From Nitrosopumilus sp. (GTDB taxonomy: Archaea > Thermoproteota > Nitrososphaeria > Nitrososphaerales > Nitrosopumilaceae), in contig OY763927.2 of the NCBI GenBank assembly GCA_963667665.2, forward strand, positions 1 through 64,000: a DNA stretch of 64,000 bases. The letters are read 5' to 3'. Shown here one piece after another: positions 30,981 through 41,263 of the stretch; position 1 is the first letter of the stretch; every line of letters begins with the position of its first letter. Position numbers and translations under genes: made by a program. Under the pieces are notes generated by a model. The model was not told the origin of the DNA and searched no databases. It saw only the letters and a program-made list of their open reading frames with translations.

Positions 30981-31051
30981 TCTAATACTTATTACAAAAT
31001 TGCTTTTTAACGATTTCCAACAAGTATCATTCGTAAAAATGGGTTTTGAGG

Positions 31052-31552
31052 CTAGTCAGGTCTTAACTCATTAGAAATTTTAACGTATTCTTGATATTCT
31101 GTTTTTAATATTTCAATTTTTAGTATAGTTTCTGCCATCTCTTTTTCAAAACTTCCATTTTCAATTAAATTTGCCACAACTTTGGTTTCCACAATATATT
31201 CATTGAATTTTTTCATTGCATCCATGTAACTAATGTAACTGTCTACCCATTCATCAGGTGGCTTTGATGTCACAAATTCACTTATTTGAGTAGTCACTTG
31301 AGATGATGTTACTTCAGTAATTATGATGTAATCTTCTGGAGAGATATCCCCATTGTGAAGATTTTGATATTCAATATCAATTGATTCTTGTAAAACTTCC
31401 TGAATCTTTATCACTTCATCAAGATAGTTCTCATAATCTGATATCACAAATGTTGTTTCATTATTCTGTGGAACTACCCATGACAGAAAACTCACACCTG
31501 TGATTACAGCTAATATTATGACCGTGATTACAATTCCTTTTTTTGATGCCAT
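31052..31552 (-). CDS. Membrane-anchored hypothetical protein
   Basis: N-terminal TM, acidic helical body. Confidence 0.75.
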   Translation of the reverse strand: MASKKGIVITVIILAVITGVSFLSWVVPQNNETTFVISDYENYLDEVIKIQEVLQESIDIEYQNLHNGDISPEDYIIITEVTSSQVTTQISEFVTSKPPDEWVDSYISYMDAMKKFNEYIVETKVVANLIENGSFEKEMAETILKIEILKTEYQEYVKISNELRPD

Positions 31553-31711
31553 TTTGTGACTTTACAATTAAGGAGTTTATAACTGATAATCTTTCAACAA
31601 ATCATCACTTGTTAAATAAATATTAGAAAAAAAACTTTAATTGTATAATTTTACCCATAATTTTTCAAAAAAATACTTACATTCATTAAAATTTTGGATA
31701 ATTGTTGTTTT

Positions 31712-31739
31712 TTTACACGTAAAAAAATTTACGTGTATC
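31712..31739. other. dif-like 11-6-11 palindrome (or TF operator)
   Basis: TTTACACGTAA-AAAAAT-TTACGTGTATC in an AT-rich intergenic region. Confidence 0.45.
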
Positions 31740-31804
31740 TAGTTTATAGTTAAATAATATTCACAGCCTCTGCCTAAATACCACCAAGTTTGACAAATTT
31801 CAGA

Positions 31805-31951
31805 ATGGTAACAGCATATTGCGTAAAATGCAGAGAAAAAAGGGACATTAAAGATCCTGAGGAAACTAAACTAAAGAATGGACGTCCTGCCGTAAAAGGT
31901 ACATGTCCTACATGTGGAACTAAAGTCTTCCGTATAGGAAAGATGGAATAA
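31805..31951 (+). CDS. DUF5679 zinc-ribbon small basic protein (not in ORF track)
   Basis: MVTAYCVKCREKRDIKDPEETKLKNGRPAVKGTCPTCGTKVFRIGKME. Confidence 0.9.
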   Translation: MVTAYCVKCREKRDIKDPEETKLKNGRPAVKGTCPTCGTKVFRIGKME

Positions 31952-32018
31952 TCTACAAAAAATCCACACGATTTCTCTTTTTCAAAACCCATATAGGGTC
32001 TAACATGAATTATTTTTT

Positions 32019-32441
32019 ATGACTAAAGCAGAATATGAAAGTCTTCTTAAACGTATTCAGAAAAAACTAGGTGACTCAGAAAAAGAATCTTCAATCCGAT
32101 TCGAACTTCCAGTTGTAGATGTAATGTGGGAAGGCCAAAAGACTTTCTTGCGTAATTTTTCAGAATTCCCAAAAATTCTACGAAGAGATCCGGACAAAGT
32201 CCTTCAATACCTCTCAAAAGAGTTTGCTGTTCCTGCTGAGAGATTAGGTGATAAGGCAATGTTTGTTGGAAGACGAGCTCCTGATGACTTTACTAGATTA
32301 TTCCAAATCTATGTGAAAGACTATCTTGAATGCCGTACATGCAAAAGTCCTGATACAAGAATTAGTAAAGAAAACCGTATTTCATTTTTAATCTGTGAAG
32401 CATGTGGTGCAAAATCTGCTCTTAAAGGTAAATATGCATAA
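32019..32441 (+). CDS. eif2b: Translation initiation factor aIF-2 beta
   Basis: CRTCKSPDT...CEACGA. Confidence 0.95.
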   Translation: MTKAEYESLLKRIQKKLGDSEKESSIRFELPVVDVMWEGQKTFLRNFSEFPKILRRDPDKVLQYLSKEFAVPAERLGDKAMFVGRRAPDDFTRLFQIYVKDYLECRTCKSPDTRISKENRISFLICEACGAKSALKGKYA

Positions 32442-32737
32442 TGCAATTCTCAGTAAAAGTTTCCAATTATCAAAAAAATTCAACACTCAATATCTGTGAT
32501 GTTGAACTATTAGGGAAAACAATTTCTAAAGATGAATTAAACATGAATATCAGTCAAAGCTATTATGGAGAAAAATTAGTTGATAAAGAAGAAGCAAAAT
32601 CATTATTACAAAATTCTTCAATTATTAACATGGTGGGAAAAAATACTGTTTCTTTGTCTATAGAACTTGGAATTGGTTCTGAAAGTGGGATTAAAACAAT
32701 TTCTGATGTTCCTTTTCTAATTGTCTTTAAAGTATAG
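32441..32737 (+). CDS. DUF424 family protein
   Basis: CDVELLGK, YYGE, INMVG. Confidence 0.9.
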   Translation: MQFSVKVSNYQKNSTLNICDVELLGKTISKDELNMNISQSYYGEKLVDKEEAKSLLQNSSIINMVGKNTVSLSIELGIGSESGIKTISDVPFLIVFKV

Positions 32738-32805
32738 CATGTGTTATGATTTAATTTTGGATTACAAAAGAAATTCATTTTATCTAGTAGGAGTAAAAAT
32801 CTTTA

Positions 32806-33597
32806 ATGTCTGATGATATTGATGATGATATTAGTAGAAAATTAGAATTTAAAATCGATAACAAACTAGCATCAAAATCTAAACGGAAATATTTGGAAGA
32901 TGGTTTTAAAAAAGGAAAAGTAATCAATGAAGTTTTAGACAAACCTACTGTTATGACTCTTTACAAAATGATCAAAGATCATATTATTGCATATGTTAAT
33001 GGTTCTATAAGTGCAGGAAAAGAATCAGTTGTTTTTTGGGCTGTTGATGAACATGATGTTAATGTTGCTTTGAAAATTTATTTAGTTTCTACTTCAAATT
33101 TTAAAAAACGTGAACCCTATATTCTTGGAGATCCTAGATTCTCGCGTTTAAAAAAAGGTACAAAAAATCTAGTGTATTTATGGGCAAGAAAGGAATTTCG
33201 TAATTTATCTCAGTGTTATAATGCAGGAATTCCTGTTCCAGAGCCACTATATGTTACAAATAATGTGCTTGCAATGGATTTTGTGGGTCAAAATGGTGCT
33301 CCTGAAAAGTCTTTACTATATTCAGAGGTAGATGAAGATGACTATAAACAAGCAATCTCAATTATCCAAGATCTGTATCATAAAGCAAAACTGGTTCATA
33401 GCGATTATTCCGAATACAATATTTTTAAAACAGAAAATGGTTTAGTAGTTTTTGATTTAGGTTCTGCAGTTGATCTTAGACATCCTAATGCTCTAGAATT
33501 CCTTAAAAGAGATATTTATAACATTAATAGATTCTTCAATAAAAGAGGAATTTCTGTTGAAGATTCAAAAATCTTATTTGAGGACATTATAAAATGA
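32806..33597 (+). CDS. rio1: RIO1 serine kinase
   Basis: SAGKES, WARKEFRNL, LVHSDYSEYN. Confidence 0.95.
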   Translation: MSDDIDDDISRKLEFKIDNKLASKSKRKYLEDGFKKGKVINEVLDKPTVMTLYKMIKDHIIAYVNGSISAGKESVVFWAVDEHDVNVALKIYLVSTSNFKKREPYILGDPRFSRLKKGTKNLVYLWARKEFRNLSQCYNAGIPVPEPLYVTNNVLAMDFVGQNGAPEKSLLYSEVDEDDYKQAISIIQDLYHKAKLVHSDYSEYNIFKTENGLVVFDLGSAVDLRHPNALEFLKRDIYNINRFFNKRGISVEDSKILFEDIIK

Positions 33598-34151
33598 GCT
33601 TTGAAAAAATAATTCGTATTCCAAATGATAGAATAGCTGTTTTGATTGGAAAATCAGGTAATGTAAAATCACAAATTGAAAAATTATGTCATGTCTCATT
33701 GGACATTGATGGTGATACAGGAGAAGTTTTGATTAAATCTCAAGGAGATGTTGAAAACTTTTCACCATTCAAAGCAATGGAAATTGTTACAGCAATTGGT
33801 AGAGGTTTTTCACCTGAAAATGCTTTGACTTTGTTAAAGGGTGAAAATGCATTGCATGTAATAGATCTTAGAGAGTTTGCAGGAAAGTCTAGTGCAAATG
33901 TTGAAAGGATAAAAGGGAGAATTATTGGAGAAGGTGGTAGAGCAAGGCGAAATATGGAAAATCTTAGTGGTACTCATATCTCAGTTTATGGAAGAACTGT
34001 TTCAATTATTGGAGATTCAAGTAAATTACGAATAGCTGTTGATGCAATATCTGCTATTTCAAGTGGAAGTTTGCATGGTTCAGTGTATGGTAAATTAGAA
34101 GCTGCAAATAGACAAGCAAAACAAGAAAAAATGAAATTGTGGGAAGATTAA
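33594..34151 (+). CDS. KH-domain RNA-processing protein Pno1/Dim2
   Basis: LIGKSG, AIGRGFSPE, KGRIIGEGG. Confidence 0.93.
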   Translation: MSFEKIIRIPNDRIAVLIGKSGNVKSQIEKLCHVSLDIDGDTGEVLIKSQGDVENFSPFKAMEIVTAIGRGFSPENALTLLKGENALHVIDLREFAGKSSANVERIKGRIIGEGGRARRNMENLSGTHISVYGRTVSIIGDSSKLRIAVDAISAISSGSLHGSVYGKLEAANRQAKQEKMKLWED

Positions 34152-34152
34152 G

Positions 34153-36027
34153 ATGTCTTCTATTAAAGAAAAATTTAATCAAATATCTCCTAGTGAGTTC
34201 TTTTATAGTAATCGTGATTTAGCTGGTTTTAGTAATCCTACACGCTCTCTTTATACTGCAGTCAGAGAATTTGTTGAAAATGCATTAGATGCATGTGATC
34301 AAAAAGGAATTCTTCCCGATGTTCATTTGACAATAAAAGCTGTTGATCCTGAAAAACCTGATCCTAAACCGTATATTTTGACTGTAAAGGATAATGGTCC
34401 TGGCGTAGATTCAAAATATATACCTCTTGCATTTGGAACTATACTTTATGGTTCCAAATTTGGACTCAAACAAGCTAGAGGTATGTTTGGACTTGGTGCA
34501 ACCATGGCAATTTTGTATGGTCAAATTACAACTAACAAACCAGTTATAGTAAAAAGTTCCACAGATGGAAAAATACAAGATGAGTTTGAACTATTATTGG
34601 ATATTCAAAAAAATAAACCTATAATTTTAAAACATAAAACAAAAGAAATTTCTAAACATGGACTTTCTGTAAGCATTTGTTTGGAAGGTGATTACTCTAA
34701 AGCTGGTACAAAAATTCGAGATTATGTCTATGAAACTTCTTTGATTACTCCTTATGCAACAATAACTTTTGATGATCCTAAAGGACAAAAATTTCATCAT
34801 CCAAGATTTGTAAAAAATATACCTCCACCTCCAACAATAATTAGACCTCATCCACATGGTATTGATGTTGAAAGAATTCGAAGAATGATTGTTGAGTCAC
34901 TATTTGAAATGCCAAACATTGATGATGCTATGATTGAAAAAGTGAGAAAAGATTTAGGATTATCAAAGAAAAATCTTAGTTTTACTGCAATAATGGAAAA
35001 AGCAAGGAAAAAAGGAAAAGCCCTTCCACGTCAAACTAGAGTAGTAATTGCTTTAATGTCATTTCTAAAAATGGATTTTGAAAAATTAAATAAAATTAGA
35101 ATTGAAGATATTGATGTACCTAACAAAAAATTGTTCTACTGGGATTTTGGTGATTCACAATCAAAATCAGTTGATATGGATTCTGAAAGCCAATATTACA
35201 ATCTTTTAAGTCATACAGTTCAAGGTGAACCCCTCACTACATTTTTGACAAAAAGATTCCAACGTGTAGGTCCTACAACTGCAATCAAATTTGCAAAATT
35301 TGCAAAATTCAAGCCTGAAAAACGAATGGGTACTATGACAAACCAAGAGTTGGTTAACCTTAGTAACTGTCTCCAAACATTTGAAGATTTTATGGCCCCC
35401 GATTCAAATTGTCTTGCACCACTAGGAGCAGATCCTCTAGAAAAAGGAATCAAGAAATTCTTTAATCCTGATTTTACTGCTGTAGTTCAACGTCCAGCAT
35501 CTGCATATTCTGGGTTTCCTTTCATAATTGAAATGGGTATTGCTTATGGTGGTGAAATTAAATCTGGTGGACCACATGTTTACAGATTCGCCAATAGAAT
35601 TCCATTGCTTTATGATGAAGGAAGTGATGTAGTTCTCAAAGTTGTAAATGATGCTGATTGGGGTAGATATAAAGTAAAAGGTGAACCTCCATTTGTTATA
35701 GTATCTCATATTTGTTCTACTAGAATTCCGTATAAAACGGCAGGAAAAGAAAATGTTGCTGACAGACCAGAAATTGAACGAGAGTTAAGATTGGCATTGC
35801 AATTATTATCAAGAAAATTGGCAGCATATATGTCAAAAAGAGGTCAAGCTGAAATGGCAAAAAAGAGATCTAATCTTTATGTAAAATATATTCCAATGAT
35901 TGCAGAGTTTTGTACTGAACTTGCTGGCAAGAAAAAACAACCAAATTACAAAAAAATATTAGAAGAAGCAAATCCAATTGAACCTAAAAAAATTGTAGAG
36001 GGGGAAAAACCAATTGAAAACAAGTAA
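34153..36027 (+). CDS. top6B: DNA topoisomerase VI subunit B
   Basis: EFVENALDA, DNGPG, GSKF..QARGMFGLG, RFANRIPL. Confidence 0.98.
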   Translation: MSSIKEKFNQISPSEFFYSNRDLAGFSNPTRSLYTAVREFVENALDACDQKGILPDVHLTIKAVDPEKPDPKPYILTVKDNGPGVDSKYIPLAFGTILYGSKFGLKQARGMFGLGATMAILYGQITTNKPVIVKSSTDGKIQDEFELLLDIQKNKPIILKHKTKEISKHGLSVSICLEGDYSKAGTKIRDYVYETSLITPYATITFDDPKGQKFHHPRFVKNIPPPPTIIRPHPHGIDVERIRRMIVESLFEMPNIDDAMIEKVRKDLGLSKKNLSFTAIMEKARKKGKALPRQTRVVIALMSFLKMDFEKLNKIRIEDIDVPNKKLFYWDFGDSQSKSVDMDSESQYYNLLSHTVQGEPLTTFLTKRFQRVGPTTAIKFAKFAKFKPEKRMGTMTNQELVNLSNCLQTFEDFMAPDSNCLAPLGADPLEKGIKKFFNPDFTAVVQRPASAYSGFPFIIEMGIAYGGEIKSGGPHVYRFANRIPLLYDEGSDVVLKVVNDADWGRYKVKGEPPFVIVSHICSTRIPYKTAGKENVADRPEIERELRLALQLLSRKLAAYMSKRGQAEMAKKRSNLYVKYIPMIAEFCTELAGKKKQPNYKKILEEANPIEPKKIVEGEKPIENK

Positions 36028-37120
36028 ATCAAAAGAACGAAGCAAGAAATCAAAAGAAAAACAAAAGAATATTCTTGAGATGCTTAAAAGTCATGGTGCA
36101 AAAATATATGATGACTTAGATAATGGGCAATTCCCAAAATTCTCTATACCTAGTAGATCTGTTAGTAACATAGTTTATGATAAAAAACTCAGACAATACA
36201 TTCTAGGAAACAATTCTGCTTTAAGAAGTGCAAAAAATTCCGCACAGTTGAGATCTTTTACACAATTGATGTGGCTTGCATTCTTTGCAAATAGATTGAC
36301 TCAAGAAAAAAAATCATCCACTTTAAGAGATGTATATTATTCCTCTCAAGCATTTGCTGTTGAATTTGAAGACCAATCAGAATCAGATAATATCATTGTG
36401 GATTTAGAAGCTGTTACATCAAAACCTCGAGAAGATTTTCACATATTTCCTGAAGAGCGAAGCTCAATCTTTGGTGATTTGAATATAGAGTATACAATTC
36501 CTGGATATGAAGGAAAAACAATGAATCTGTCTAATCATCCTGATGGTTACTCCATTGGCCCAAGTCTTACCACATGTGACTTGGTTGATACTAGTGCTGA
36601 AATTGTAATTGCAGTTGAAAAGGGTGGGCTTTTTACAAGATTTGTTGAAGAACAAATTGATAAAAAATTCAAATCTATAATCATCAATACTGGTGGACAG
36701 GCTCCTCGCTCAACTAGAACATTATTGAAAAGACTTCATGATGAAATGGGATTGCCTGTAATTATTCTTACAGATGGTGATGTGTATGGAGAACATATTG
36801 CAATGGTTATCAAATCTGGTTCTGCAAATGCTGCTCATCTAAGAGAACTAACAGTTCCTGATGCAAAATGGGTTGGAGTTTGGGCTACAGATATTGAAAA
36901 ATACAAACTACCAACAATTCCTATGACTGAATCTGACATTAAGAGATGTTATGATCTTCAAAAAGATCCAAGATATCAAGAAGGAATTTGGAAAAAAGAA
37001 CTAGATGTGTTTTTGAAACTTAAAAGAAAGGCAGAATTAGAGGCTTTCTCAAAATATGGTCTTACTAATATTACAGACAAATATCTACCACAAAAATTAG
37101 AGTTGGCAAAAAGTCTTTAG
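36014..37120 (+). CDS. top6A: DNA topoisomerase VI subunit A
   Basis: STLRDVYY, AVEK, TDGDVYG. Confidence 0.98.
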   Translation: MKTSKSKERSKKSKEKQKNILEMLKSHGAKIYDDLDNGQFPKFSIPSRSVSNIVYDKKLRQYILGNNSALRSAKNSAQLRSFTQLMWLAFFANRLTQEKKSSTLRDVYYSSQAFAVEFEDQSESDNIIVDLEAVTSKPREDFHIFPEERSSIFGDLNIEYTIPGYEGKTMNLSNHPDGYSIGPSLTTCDLVDTSAEIVIAVEKGGLFTRFVEEQIDKKFKSIIINTGGQAPRSTRTLLKRLHDEMGLPVIILTDGDVYGEHIAMVIKSGSANAAHLRELTVPDAKWVGVWATDIEKYKLPTIPMTESDIKRCYDLQKDPRYQEGIWKKELDVFLKLKRKAELEAFSKYGLTNITDKYLPQKLELAKSL

Positions 37121-37579
37121 TTATTTTATTCTAAGTGTTAAGACACCATTTCTATATTTGAAATCAAATATCTGCATCTTATCTGCTCCTTCTATTGGAA
37201 CTTCTTTTGAAAAGCCTCCAGTTCCACGTATGTATAAAATTCCATCTACTAGTCTAACTGCAATTTTATCTTCAGGTCCTGACACTTCAGCTACAAACAC
37301 AAATTCTCCTTCACTTTTTATCAGATCATAAACCCAATTCTTTGTTTCTTGTTCCCTTATTTTGGAGTATAATGGCTTTTGGTCTTTTGTCATTTTCTTT
37401 AGAACTCTAACCCAGAAAAATATTGTTAGTGCGGATGCACCAATTAAGATAAAACTCACAAAACCTGAATCTGCCTTTTGTGTCATGATGTAGATTATTC
37501 CAAAAAATAGTATTACGATAATTGGTATTACAAAATTTAATGATTGTTCATTTGAATATGTTTTCTTATAACTTGACAA
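37121..37579 (-). CDS. Membrane-anchored Hsp20/alpha-crystallin-like protein
   Basis: Two TM segments, VAEVSG, YRNGVLTLRI; TTG start chosen outside the att repeat. Confidence 0.8.
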   Translation of the reverse strand: MSSYKKTYSNEQSLNFVIPIIVILFFGIIYIMTQKADSGFVSFILIGASALTIFFWVRVLKKMTKDQKPLYSKIREQETKNWVYDLIKSEGEFVFVAEVSGPEDKIAVRLVDGILYIRGTGGFSKEVPIEGADKMQIFDFKYRNGVLTLRIK

Positions 37580-37668
37580 ACAATAAAAATCTGAGTTTAC
37601 CAAATATAAAGTATCTTTGGTTTTTTGACCATTATGTCCTTTATTAGATTTCAATTATCTATTCATCA

Positions 37669-37905
37669 ATGATGCAGATACATCCAGATGAAATTACAAC
37701 TACAAAGAAAACTCCACTACAATTGTTCTATGAGGGCATAAGATCCGATGCCACAAAAAGAGACTTTGAGACTAAACTCAAGAAAGTAACTTGTGACTTC
37801 CTAGCATTGGTTCTAAAAGGCGATCCTGAAAAGGTCTCAAAGCAGAAAACTGAACCTAAACCACAAAAAAGGGACTATGAAGAGCACTTTTGGAGCCATT
37901 TTTAA
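37669..37905 (+). pseudogene. N-terminal fragment of a second tyrosine integrase
   Basis: PLQLFYEGIRSDATKRDFETKLKK pattern next to the left att repeat; truncated. Confidence 0.65.
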
Positions 37906-37941
37906 TTGTTTTATTAATCATGAATGTAATAATATCATACG

Positions 37942-38283
37942 ATGAAAAACAGTTATTCAATTTTCTTGATACTCATTCTAGTTGCGGGTCTTGCATCATC
38001 ATCATTTGTTGAGCCAGCATTTGCAGCAAAAAACTCAATCTTCCATAGTATTTCTGATGCAATAAAATACCCTTTTCATTCCGCTGCAAAAGCAGTTGGA
38101 GGATGGGATGGACCTCCTCCAAAGTTTTCAGGACAGAGTGAACCACAAAAACAACGTATATCATTTTTCACATCAATTATGTGTCAAATTTTAGTTGGAG
38201 ATGCAGAAAAAATACTAGAAAAACAACCTCTTGGAACACCTGATGTATGTGATGATGAATTTATCAGAAATTTATTTGGATAG
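37942..38283 (+). CDS. Secreted hypothetical protein
   Basis: Signal peptide ...VEPAFA. Confidence 0.65.
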   Translation: MKNSYSIFLILILVAGLASSSFVEPAFAAKNSIFHSISDAIKYPFHSAAKAVGGWDGPPPKFSGQSEPQKQRISFFTSIMCQILVGDAEKILEKQPLGTPDVCDDEFIRNLFG

Positions 38284-38289
38284 ACTTGT

Positions 38290-38754
38290 ATGAATAGATA
38301 CGGAGTAATTGTAATTATAATTCTACCAATCATCTTAGGTGGTGTTGTTTACATGGGAATGAATGCTGAGAAATTTACTGGTGGATTTGGTGAACCAAGT
38401 TACATATCAAGTCAGTTTACACCACCGTCAAATGACTTACCTCCCTTTTCATTTCCAGAAATAAATTGGGAAACATCATCATTACCTTCAATGTCATTTG
38501 AAGCACTACCATCATTTTCAGTTGGTTCAAGTTATAATATTGATGTTGATAAAATACAAGCTCAAATAGAAAGAAAAATACTTAGTGCTCAGAGTCCGCA
38601 AGAGTTAGATGATATAATCAAGGAGGTTATTTTAGAACCGTTCAAAGATCCTAGAGCAAGTGCAGAATGTAAGCAAGTTCTCAAAGACACAGAGAGAGAA
38701 CAACAAAAGATGTCTGAATGGATTGCAGATGGAAACCACCCTTACTCTTATTAA
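38290..38754 (+). CDS. Membrane-anchored hypothetical protein
   Basis: N-terminal TM. Confidence 0.65.
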   Translation: MNRYGVIVIIILPIILGGVVYMGMNAEKFTGGFGEPSYISSQFTPPSNDLPPFSFPEINWETSSLPSMSFEALPSFSVGSSYNIDVDKIQAQIERKILSAQSPQELDDIIKEVILEPFKDPRASAECKQVLKDTEREQQKMSEWIADGNHPYSY

Positions 38755-38802
38755 AATAGGTAACATAGACGTCTTTATTATTACTAGAAACTATAGTACT
38801 AC

Positions 38803-39855
38803 ATGAATTCTTTGTTACGTTTTGAGAGTACAATAAAATCAGAAATTACAAAAAACAATTACAAACGTAGTTTGGATCATTTCAAAAAATACATTGGGGT
38901 TCAAGACTATGACAGTATTCTCAGTATACCTAAAGACAAGATTCAAGATTCCATTGAAGAGTATATCATTCATCTAAAAAAGACAAAGAATTCTAATTCA
39001 ATTAGACCATTATTCTTTGGAGTCAAACATTTCTTTGTAATGAATAGAGTTTCACTTGATTGGGATATTGTATCAAAGATGTTTCCTGAGACAAGAAAGA
39101 GTGCAGGAGACAAAGCATGGACTACAAAACACATTCAAAAGATGTTAGAGAATACAAAAACAAAGAGGAATCGTGCATTAATTCACTTTTTGGCATCAAC
39201 TGGATGTAGAATTGGAGTGTTAGATCATGAGTTGGCAATGAAGAACTTGTTTGATGCAGAGTCAGGATGTAAGGGAGTTGTGTTTTATTTTGGATTCAAA
39301 GATGAATACTATTCTTTTCTAACTTCAGAAGCTGTTCAAGCATTAGAAGAATATCATAATCAAAGAAAGCAAGATGGGGAGATATTTGATGAAGACACCC
39401 CAATATTCAGATTAGACTATAGTTTAGGCTCTCAACCTGTCAAATCCCTAAGTTCAATGACTGCAAAAAAAATTACAGAGAGAATCATCAAAAATACAGG
39501 AATCAAGAGAAAGAAGAATGGGTTTGCTTCTGAGATTCAGATTAATCATGGATTTAGGAAGAGATTCAACACAATTCTCAAGATTGGAGGCGTAAATTAC
39601 AATATTGCTGAGAAACTAATGGGACATAGAAACGGTCTTGATGGAGTTTATTTCAAACCAACAAGAGGAGAATGTTTCAAAGAGTTTCACAAAGTCATTA
39701 CCGAGTTATCAATTGATGAGGCAGTAAGACTAGAAGAAGAAATCAAAAATAGGGATGCAAAGATTCAGGAACTAGAAACTGATCAAGACAGAAAAATTAT
39801 GAATTTAGAGTTTATTGTATCAGAATTATCAAAGAGATTAGAGTCTAAACTATAA
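38803..39855 (+). CDS. Tyrosine recombinase/integrase
   Basis: STGCRIG (R), HGFRKRF (HxxR), LMGH, GVYF (Y). Confidence 0.95.
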   Translation: MNSLLRFESTIKSEITKNNYKRSLDHFKKYIGVQDYDSILSIPKDKIQDSIEEYIIHLKKTKNSNSIRPLFFGVKHFFVMNRVSLDWDIVSKMFPETRKSAGDKAWTTKHIQKMLENTKTKRNRALIHFLASTGCRIGVLDHELAMKNLFDAESGCKGVVFYFGFKDEYYSFLTSEAVQALEEYHNQRKQDGEIFDEDTPIFRLDYSLGSQPVKSLSSMTAKKITERIIKNTGIKRKKNGFASEIQINHGFRKRFNTILKIGGVNYNIAEKLMGHRNGLDGVYFKPTRGECFKEFHKVITELSIDEAVRLEEEIKNRDAKIQELETDQDRKIMNLEFIVSELSKRLESKL

Positions 39856-39906
39856 AGTTAGTCTTGTGAAGTGAAATCATATAGTGATGAATGATTTGTT
39901 TTTTGA

Positions 39907-40479
39907 ATGATTTATGGTCGTCAATTAATCCATAGAACAAAAAATCAAAAGTTTCTCAAACATGTTGTAGTTTCTCCTCCTCAATGGTTACAACACAAAC
40001 CAATTGAATTTCTTAGAAAGGAAGCAAGAAAGATGGCAAAACGTGCAGGGATTGAAGGAGGTTTAGATATTGTTCATCCATTTAGAAAGAAAGGTAAAGA
40101 ATGGTATCTATCTCCTCATTTTCATTATCTTGCATTTGGATGGGTTAGTTCTACTGATGAAATCTTTCAGAAAAATGGATGGCTTGTAAAGAATATTGGA
40201 ATACGTGAAAATCCTATTGGAACTATCATGTATTTACTCAGTCATGCAGGCGTGAAAAAGCGTAGACATACCATCACATGGTTTGGAGACTTGTCATATA
40301 GCAAATTGAAAATAGAAAAAATGGATTTTCATATCAAATGTCCAGATTGTGAGGGAGTTTTTCAGAGATTAATCAGATTTGTAGATTATAGAGTTGCAAA
40401 ACCACCTCCAATTAAGATGGATTTGGTTGAAGAACCTGATGGATGGAAGTATTGGTTAGATCATATTAGAGGATACTAA
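39907..40479 (+). CDS. HUH-superfamily rolling-circle replication initiator, possibly N-terminally truncated
   Basis: Motif I HVVVSPP, motif II SPHFHYL, motif III YLLSH, C-terminal CPDC. Confidence 0.8.
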   Translation: MIYGRQLIHRTKNQKFLKHVVVSPPQWLQHKPIEFLRKEARKMAKRAGIEGGLDIVHPFRKKGKEWYLSPHFHYLAFGWVSSTDEIFQKNGWLVKNIGIRENPIGTIMYLLSHAGVKKRRHTITWFGDLSYSKLKIEKMDFHIKCPDCEGVFQRLIRFVDYRVAKPPPIKMDLVEEPDGWKYWLDHIRGY

Positions 40480-40744
40480 GATGTGCTTTCTGCATTCTTT
40501 TGTTTACTCTGTTTAGTGTTCTGTTTGCTATCTCATCACTATATTTTGCTCTCAATACCTTCATCACACTCTTTCTTACCCTGCCAAATCTTAATTTGTC
40601 ATTGATTATTGTTTCTTCACAGTCTAATTCTGCTAAACTTTGCCTAAATTTTGTTGAATAGTTTTCTAATTCTCCATTATCTTCTTGAATTGTACCATTG
40701 TTATGCCATAATTTTCTCATGTAGGTATAGGAACAAATTAGCAT
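40466..40744 (-). CDS. Hypothetical protein
   Basis: Basic helical ORF. Confidence 0.55.
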   Translation of the reverse strand: MLICSYTYMRKLWHNNGTIQEDNGELENYSTKFRQSLAELDCEETIINDKLRFGRVRKSVMKVLRAKYSDEIANRTLNRVNKRMQKAHLSIL

Positions 40745-40791
40745 AAAAATACTATTAAAATTCTTAATTCATAGTTAAGTGTTAATATTTT

Positions 40792-41262
40792 ATGGGTTTT
40801 TTTGATAGTCTAAGAAAAAGTAGAAGACAAGTAAACCGAGAGAACCAAGAACAAGGCAGAGCAGGAGAGAGAAAAATCAAAGAAGAATGGGAATTCTCAG
40901 GGTATAAGGTAACACGAACTGGAAAAGGACATGATCTTAAAGCAGAAAAAAGAGATTTGTTTACTGGAGAAAAAGAAACAAAATACATTGAAGTAAAAAC
41001 TGGAAATTCAAAACTATCTAAACTACAAAAGAAAAAACGAGGTAGACTAGGTAAAAAATATGTGGTAGAACGTCTTGAACCTACACCATTTGGATTACAA
41101 AGTAATAATCGAGAATCTGATTTGAGTTCTAAAAGAAAGAAAAAATCACCTAGTGATAGTATTTTTGGGGATAGTAGTTCAATGGATTCTCTCTTTGGTA
41201 GAGGTTCATCTGGTGGAAAAAAATCTAAAAGAAAGAAATCTGATGATTGGAGTATTTGGTAA
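40792..41262 (+). CDS. PD-(D/E)XK endonuclease (DUF3883/Hjc-like)
   Basis: GRAGE...GYKV...GHDLKA...YIEVKTG. Confidence 0.82.
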   Translation: MGFFDSLRKSRRQVNRENQEQGRAGERKIKEEWEFSGYKVTRTGKGHDLKAEKRDLFTGEKETKYIEVKTGNSKLSKLQKKKRGRLGKKYVVERLEPTPFGLQSNNRESDLSSKRKKKSPSDSIFGDSSSMDSLFGRGSSGGKKSKRKKSDDWSIW

Positions 41263-41263
41263 A

